DNA of 64,000 nt from a virus. Taxonomy: Duplodnaviria > Caudoviricetes. The translations under genes and the position numbers were made by a program. Numbering within the stretch: the stretch's first letter is position 1; every line of letters begins with the position of its first letter. Of the stretch, positions 58,938 through 64,000 are shown in pieces. The stretch is from positions 160,633 through 224,632 of the IMG/VR virus record IMGVR_UViG_3300031867_000002. One strand, given 5' to 3'. The notes under the pieces are model-generated. The model was not told where the DNA came from and searched no databases. It saw only the letters and a list, made by a program, of their open reading frames with translations.

Positions 58938-59042
58938 TTTACTTTAAACTTTTGCTTATAAACATATAAATAAAAATGTGTGTGTGAAATCTTTTGTCAA
59001 TTTATATACTAAAATAATAATCTAATAAGGAGGTTATACAAT

Positions 59043-60314
59043 ATGGGAATCTATACAAGCAATAGATATTTCGGTGAAGCATATGACTATGCTGCTGAAA
59101 TCCCTGCTAACGAAGCATATGATGCAGCTTTTGGTTGTGCACATATTATGGCCGATAATCAGACCAACGATATGGCTCTCTTCGAAAGTGCTATCTATAG
59201 TGACATGGCTGAAGTTATGTCTCTTCAGGAAGGTACTCAAGTTGTAAACGAGAATGCTTTTACTAACATTATCAAGAAAATTGTTGAAATGTTCAAGAAG
59301 CTTCTTGCTAAGATTAAGGGTATTTTCAATGCTTTTCTTGCTAAACTTACTGGTGCTTTCAAGAACGGTAAAGACCTTGTTAAGAAGTATGAGAAGCAGA
59401 TTATCAAATACTCTAACTGGAAGGACCTGAAGATTAAGGGTATCCGTAAGCCTAAGTCTGATAATATTAAAGGTGAAATTAATGGATTATTCAATATGAA
59501 TCTTTCTAACAATTATGATTTGAAAGTTGATAATCCTACAGAAGAAGATGTCTATACACCACAATTAGGTGGTACTACTTACAATCCAAAGAAAATTAAG
59601 GATACAGATGCATCCGAGCTTAAAGAAGCTATTCTAAAAAATTATATTGGAGCTAAAGTTAAATTTTCTGATTGGGCTAGTGTAGAAGAAGATATGAAGG
59701 ATACTCTTTACGATGAAGAAGATACATTAGATGGTGAAGATGATATCAAGTCAGGGTCTTTCTTTAGTAAAGCATGGATTAAAACAGTACTTTCCGATGA
59801 CAAGTGGGAAAAAGAAGCAAAAGATGTAACAGATAAACTTGATAAAGTTATTAATAAGATTATTGATGACCTTAATAAGACTGAAAATAAACTAGCTTCT
59901 CATATGTCTGGCTCGGACGCAAAATCCACCACTCGTATTCAATCTAGTGATGGTAACTATAGATTTAAGAATTATGATGATAGTAAAATCACTAAAGATA
60001 CTAGCACAACATCAAAGGCTGTCGATGATTTTGATGCTAGAACTGGTAGTATTAAAGTTGCTAAAGCCGAAGTTATTCAAAAGGGTATTCAGGCTATGCA
60101 GACTATCGCTTCTAACGAACAGGAAGTTATTACCAAGGTAACTTCTCTCTATATGGAAAATGTTAAGTTTGCTACAGCTCAAGCTCGTAAGATTTGGACT
60201 GCTGCAGCAGCTTGGTCTTCTACTACTCATAAGGAATCTGTTGAGTATTATCAGGCTCTAGGTGAGGCTGCAGCTGAACAGTTCTATATGAATATGGAAT
60301 CTATTGGTGCTTAA
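59043..60314 (+). CDS. Internal head protein paralog 1
   Basis: Acidic propeptide, VNE-N site, then amphipathic KKIVEMFKKLLAKIKGIF helix; promoter at 58961-58973. Confidence 0.65.
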   Translation: MGIYTSNRYFGEAYDYAAEIPANEAYDAAFGCAHIMADNQTNDMALFESAIYSDMAEVMSLQEGTQVVNENAFTNIIKKIVEMFKKLLAKIKGIFNAFLAKLTGAFKNGKDLVKKYEKQIIKYSNWKDLKIKGIRKPKSDNIKGEINGLFNMNLSNNYDLKVDNPTEEDVYTPQLGGTTYNPKKIKDTDASELKEAILKNYIGAKVKFSDWASVEEDMKDTLYDEEDTLDGEDDIKSGSFFSKAWIKTVLSDDKWEKEAKDVTDKLDKVINKIIDDLNKTENKLASHMSGSDAKSTTRIQSSDGNYRFKNYDDSKITKDTSTTSKAVDDFDARTGSIKVAKAEVIQKGIQAMQTIASNEQEVITKVTSLYMENVKFATAQARKIWTAAAAWSSTTHKESVEYYQALGEAAAEQFYMNMESIGA

Positions 60315-60333
60315 GAAAGGAGGATAAACTACT

Positions 60334-61596
60334 ATGGGAATTTATACTAATCCCGCTTTTAGCGGTTATTCTAGTTCTAATTATACTTCTGTAGAACCTT
60401 TCAATGGTGACCACTTTAACTATCATGAACTTGGCATCATTGCTGCAGCTGAATCTGCAGCTAATCAGAATGCTTTCATGAAGGCTATCGCTCTTCAAGA
60501 ACTTGCTTCTATGGAACAGTATGGTAATACAGATGTTCTTTATGAATCTGTAAATCTCAAGGGTATCTTCGAAAAGATTAAGGAATTCTTCAAGAAGATT
60601 ATTGAGAAGATTCATAAGATTTTCCATACTTTTGTTGCTAAGATGGCATCTTGGTTCGGTAATAACAAGAGCTTTGCTCAGAAGTATGAAAAAGAAGTTA
60701 TTAAGAATTGGTCTAAAGTAAGTAATGACTGGGAGTTTAAAGGATATAAATTTACAAATATCCTTAAGAATAAAGGCGAAGCTATTGGTAAAAAAGAAAC
60801 TGTTAAAGAAGCAGTTGAAAAAGGTGTAGGTGCAACTAGTACAGCTATTACGACTGTTACTAATGCTATTACTTCAGCAGATTTCAAGTCTGTAATCGCT
60901 TATCTCAAGGATAATACTCAAGCAGTTGATAAAACCAAAAAGACTGAAATTGAAAATGCAATTAGTGCAATCAGAGATAAAAAAGAAGATTTTGAAGAAA
61001 TCATGCGTGGCGCTATTGCTAAAGAATTCAATACGGAAAAATTGAACGGCGTTCTTTCCGATAAGATGGATTCTAAGGATTTTACAGAAGGTTTATTCAA
61101 GTTATTCAGAAACGGAGAAGACTCTAAAGTAGACCTAAAAAAATCTGAATCTCTTGAGTGTTATGGCGGTTCCATTAATGGTATGATGACTTTCGTAAAA
61201 GATTACGAAAAAATTAAATCTGAGCTTGAAAAGACTGAAAAAACTGTAGTTAAAGGAATCGACGATGTCGTTAAGGCTCTCGATAAGAATGAAAATGAAC
61301 TTATCAAGGATAACAAAACATCGACAGATAATTCTACAATTGGTATCAACGAAGTAATTGTTCAAGCTTCGTCTCTTTGTCAGAGTGCTCTCGGTTTTGC
61401 TAAAGAAACTGCTATTCAGGCATTTTCTGCAGAACTTCAGGCTACTAAGGATGCTTGTTCTCAGGCTAAGGAAATCGCAGTTAAAGTTATCGGTCTGAAT
61501 AAGAAGATGACTGAGTCTGCTGATTATTCCAATGACGGTTACACAGCCTCTACTGCTTTCGGCAGCGACTTCATCTCCTCTGTAAAGCTTGTTTAA
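60334..61596 (+). CDS. Internal head protein paralog 2
   Basis: LYE-S then FEKIKEFFKKIIEKIHKIF; FKGYKFTNI; QAFSAELQATKD. Confidence 0.65.
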   Translation: MGIYTNPAFSGYSSSNYTSVEPFNGDHFNYHELGIIAAAESAANQNAFMKAIALQELASMEQYGNTDVLYESVNLKGIFEKIKEFFKKIIEKIHKIFHTFVAKMASWFGNNKSFAQKYEKEVIKNWSKVSNDWEFKGYKFTNILKNKGEAIGKKETVKEAVEKGVGATSTAITTVTNAITSADFKSVIAYLKDNTQAVDKTKKTEIENAISAIRDKKEDFEEIMRGAIAKEFNTEKLNGVLSDKMDSKDFTEGLFKLFRNGEDSKVDLKKSESLECYGGSINGMMTFVKDYEKIKSELEKTEKTVVKGIDDVVKALDKNENELIKDNKTSTDNSTIGINEVIVQASSLCQSALGFAKETAIQAFSAELQATKDACSQAKEIAVKVIGLNKKMTESADYSNDGYTASTAFGSDFISSVKLV

Positions 61597-61634
61597 TAAA
61601 TATCAGTCGGTCTGATATATTACGATATAATCAG

Positions 61635-61668
61635 AGCCAGAATACCTTAACTGGTATTCTGGCTTTTC
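61635..61668 (+). terminator. Intrinsic terminator/attenuator
   Basis: AGCCAGAATACC/GGTATTCTGGCT stem followed by a T tract. Confidence 0.75.
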
Positions 61669-61695
61669 TTACTTTATGTAAAGGAGGAAACATAC

Positions 61696-62943
61696 ATGGG
61701 TTTATTCTCTCTAGATAATATTCTCCTTGAGAATGATAATAATACATCCTCTTCTATTATCGATATTGATAATATCGGCTATGTAGATAATGATGTACAA
61801 CGTCATTCCTTTGTTCAAGAAGGTTATGATGCTATTCTTGAAATGAATGCATTCTATTGTAATGCAGAAAAGGAATTCTATACTAAGGTTATGGGTTCTT
61901 ATGGAGATAGCAATATTATCAATGAATCCTTTAGTGATTTCTTTAATAAGATTAAAGACATCATCAAGAAATTCATTGAATGGATTAAGAAAGTATTCAA
62001 AGAATTTGTTGCTAAACTTGCGGCATTAGTAGGTTCTGAGAAGTATATCAAGAAGAATGCTAAGCTGTTAAATAAGTTTGGTTCTGAAGATGAATTCGAA
62101 TTCCAGGGTTATAAATATACTAATATTGATAATGTAAGTATGCCAGTTGCTGCAGCATTAGATATGTTTAATGGTACAACTGGACAAGAAAACTTCTTCA
62201 AAGATATTATAGACAATCATCTTAAAAGCGGTAGTGCTGATGATTATTATGGAACTAAAGCAGAAAAATGGGATGCTGTCGACGGATTTGATGATGTAGA
62301 AAGAAACCGTAGAGCTGATGTAACTAATAAGCTAAATCAAGCACTTGGTAAATCTATTGATACTCTTAATGATAGTCTTGATGATTATTATGAAGCATTC
62401 AGAGGTAGAGTATTGGGTGAAACTAAGAAATATGATTCTAAAGAGTTTACTGATAGATTGTTTGAAGTGTTCAGAGATGATTCTGATTCTACATCTAGTA
62501 TTACTATAGATAGTAATTTTGTAATGGATGCTCATAGACGTTTTGATAAGTATAAGGATACTATCAAGAATATCGAAAAGACTCAGAAAGATATCATTAA
62601 AGACTATGAAGACCTTGAAAAACAGCTTGATAAACTTATTAAGTATAATAAGACTAATATGAAGGTTGACTTCAATGATAATTTCTCTAGAAGTTATACG
62701 AGTACACAAATTGGTAAACTTAATAATCTTGGTGATAATGTAATCTATAGCTCTTCTACTGTAGATAAGATGCAGAGCTGGTTAAAGATTCAGTCTTCTA
62801 AAGTTAATCAGATGTGTCAGATTCATACACAGGCTTTCTCTGCTAAACTTGAAGCAGCTAAGGATTGCTTTAAACAAGATAAAAAGATTCTCAATAAAGC
62901 TATTCAACAAATTCTCAAACGTTCTGATAAAGAAGGATTTTAA
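61696..62943 (+). CDS. Internal head protein paralog 3
   Basis: INE-S then FFNKIKDIIKKFIEWIKKVF; FQGYKYTNI; QAFSAKLEAAKD. Confidence 0.65.
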   Translation: MGLFSLDNILLENDNNTSSSIIDIDNIGYVDNDVQRHSFVQEGYDAILEMNAFYCNAEKEFYTKVMGSYGDSNIINESFSDFFNKIKDIIKKFIEWIKKVFKEFVAKLAALVGSEKYIKKNAKLLNKFGSEDEFEFQGYKYTNIDNVSMPVAAALDMFNGTTGQENFFKDIIDNHLKSGSADDYYGTKAEKWDAVDGFDDVERNRRADVTNKLNQALGKSIDTLNDSLDDYYEAFRGRVLGETKKYDSKEFTDRLFEVFRDDSDSTSSITIDSNFVMDAHRRFDKYKDTIKNIEKTQKDIIKDYEDLEKQLDKLIKYNKTNMKVDFNDNFSRSYTSTQIGKLNNLGDNVIYSSSTVDKMQSWLKIQSSKVNQMCQIHTQAFSAKLEAAKDCFKQDKKILNKAIQQILKRSDKEGF

Positions 62944-62958
62944 TGGAGGTGAAGAAAC

Positions 62959-64000
62959 ATGAGTGAACTTACAATGATTAGAACTGACTGTGAGAGCGAG
63001 TTAGATAGAGTATATAGAGATGCTCAGTTCTTCGCTACATTGATGGAACAGAATAGAGAGATGGAAAACTTTGTTAATGAGTCTCTTATCAAGGCTAGTG
63101 GTAATAAACGTGCTATCAACGAAATGTATATTATTAACGAAGCTGCAGCTGGTGATAAGATTAAGGGATTTTTCGAGAAGATTAAGAACTTCTTTAAGAA
63201 AATCTTTGATAAACTCGGTGCTTCTATGAATGCTCTATTTGCTGAACAAAAGAAGTATATTGAAAAGTATCAGTATATCATCACTAAATGTAAATATCAA
63301 GCTGGTGATGTAAATGATGTATATGACCACTTTAAAGGTATCTCTAGAATTCTTGATGTTGTAGATAACGCAGAATCAGCTATTCTATCTACTAATATAG
63401 ATAAATATTGCAAAGCTTCTGATAAAGGCGGAGTTAAAGATGAATCTAAATTTATAGATACATCCAATTTTGCATCAGCAGAAGCTATTCAACAATTTGA
63501 CTTAAATAAAATACCTACAGTAAAACCAGAAGAACAAAGAGCTAAAGCTTTTGAAGAATTTACTAAAGCTGGTTATTGGGCTAGTATTCAAGACGGATTT
63601 ACTAAAGAAACCGATGCAAACGGAAATATAGATGCTAATGAATCTTTTAAAACTTATTTTAATGGTTCTAAAGACACAATAGCTTGGTCTGTAGATGAAA
63701 TTGAAAACAATATGCAGACAATTATTAATGTTGTATATGCTGGACAATCTTATCTTACTAAAATTGAAAGAATAGTATCTACAGTTCAAAAGAAGATGGA
63801 TGAAATTTCCAAAAGCATGGAAGATTATTATAAAGCACAAAAGGATAAAATTCTTACTGCTACAAAAAATACGAATAATAATCCTAATCAAAAAACAACT
63901 CCAGAAGCTGAACAAGAAAAAAAAGATGCAGCAAAAGTTGCAGAAGCTGAAAAGAATGCAAAAGAAGTTCCAAAAGAAGAACAAACACCAGAAAAAGCGG
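62959..64000 (+). CDS. Internal head protein paralog 4 (3'-truncated; missing from the ORF track)
   Basis: GGAGGTG RBS, ATG 62959, reads MSELTMIRTD...IINEAAAGDKIKGFFEKIKNFFKKIFDKLG... and appears open to the window end. Confidence 0.75.
   Translation, partial: MSELTMIRTDCESELDRVYRDAQFFATLMEQNREMENFVNESLIKASGNKRAINEMYIINEAAAGDKIKGFFEKIKNFFKKIFDKLGASMNALFAEQKKYIEKYQYIITKCKYQAGDVNDVYDHFKGISRILDVVDNAESAILSTNIDKYCKASDKGGVKDESKFIDTSNFASAEAIQQFDLNKIPTVKPEEQRAKAFEEFTKAGYWASIQDGFTKETDANGNIDANESFKTYFNGSKDTIAWSVDEIENNMQTIINVVYAGQSYLTKIERIVSTVQKKMDEISKSMEDYYKAQKDKILTATKNTNNNPNQKTTPEAEQEKKDAAKVAEAEKNAKEVPKEEQTPEKA

Noticed and set aside
1-64000. Stop-codon recoding, group I introns, inteins, tRNAs, nuclear shell or tubulin genes
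   Set aside because: Genes are long and contiguous in the standard code; RNAP, polymerase and helicase appear uninterrupted; no cloverleaf or recognisable shell/PhuZ motifs were seen in this window. Their absence elsewhere in the genome cannot be judged.

Overview
AT-rich (roughly 30% GC by eye) segment of a jumbo myovirus of the AR9/PBS1/phiKZ-related supergroup. Strong AAGGAGG ribosome-binding sites and Gram-positive-type wall hydrolases suggest a Firmicute host. The window holds core structural genes: tail tube, portal, major capsid, a 5647-aa tape-measure protein with six C-terminal hydrolase modules, baseplate, and a run of paralogous internal head proteins. It also holds replication and transcription genes: a family-B DNA polymerase split into two distant genes, an SF2 helicase, a RusA-like resolvase and a multisubunit RNAP beta'-C fragment. 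Small self-contained early-gene cassettes are interspersed. Two phage promoter classes can be read from the DNA: AAC(A/T)-N6-TAA (17 exact hits at gene boundaries, AR9 late-type) and TATATA(C/T)TAT-N4-GTG (6 hits, probably early). Most notable: three of the late promoters drive no ORF. They precede about 100-135 nt structured, terminator-ended RNAs carrying antisense copies of Shine-Dalgarno + spacer + start codon, a candidate family of phage translation-blocking sRNAs. Also notable are the GRG/GRA-punctuated hydrolase cassette, a shared N-terminal MG(I/L)(Y/F)(T/S) tag on head proteins, and near-absence of GATC. All protein calls come from motif recognition by eye, not database searches.
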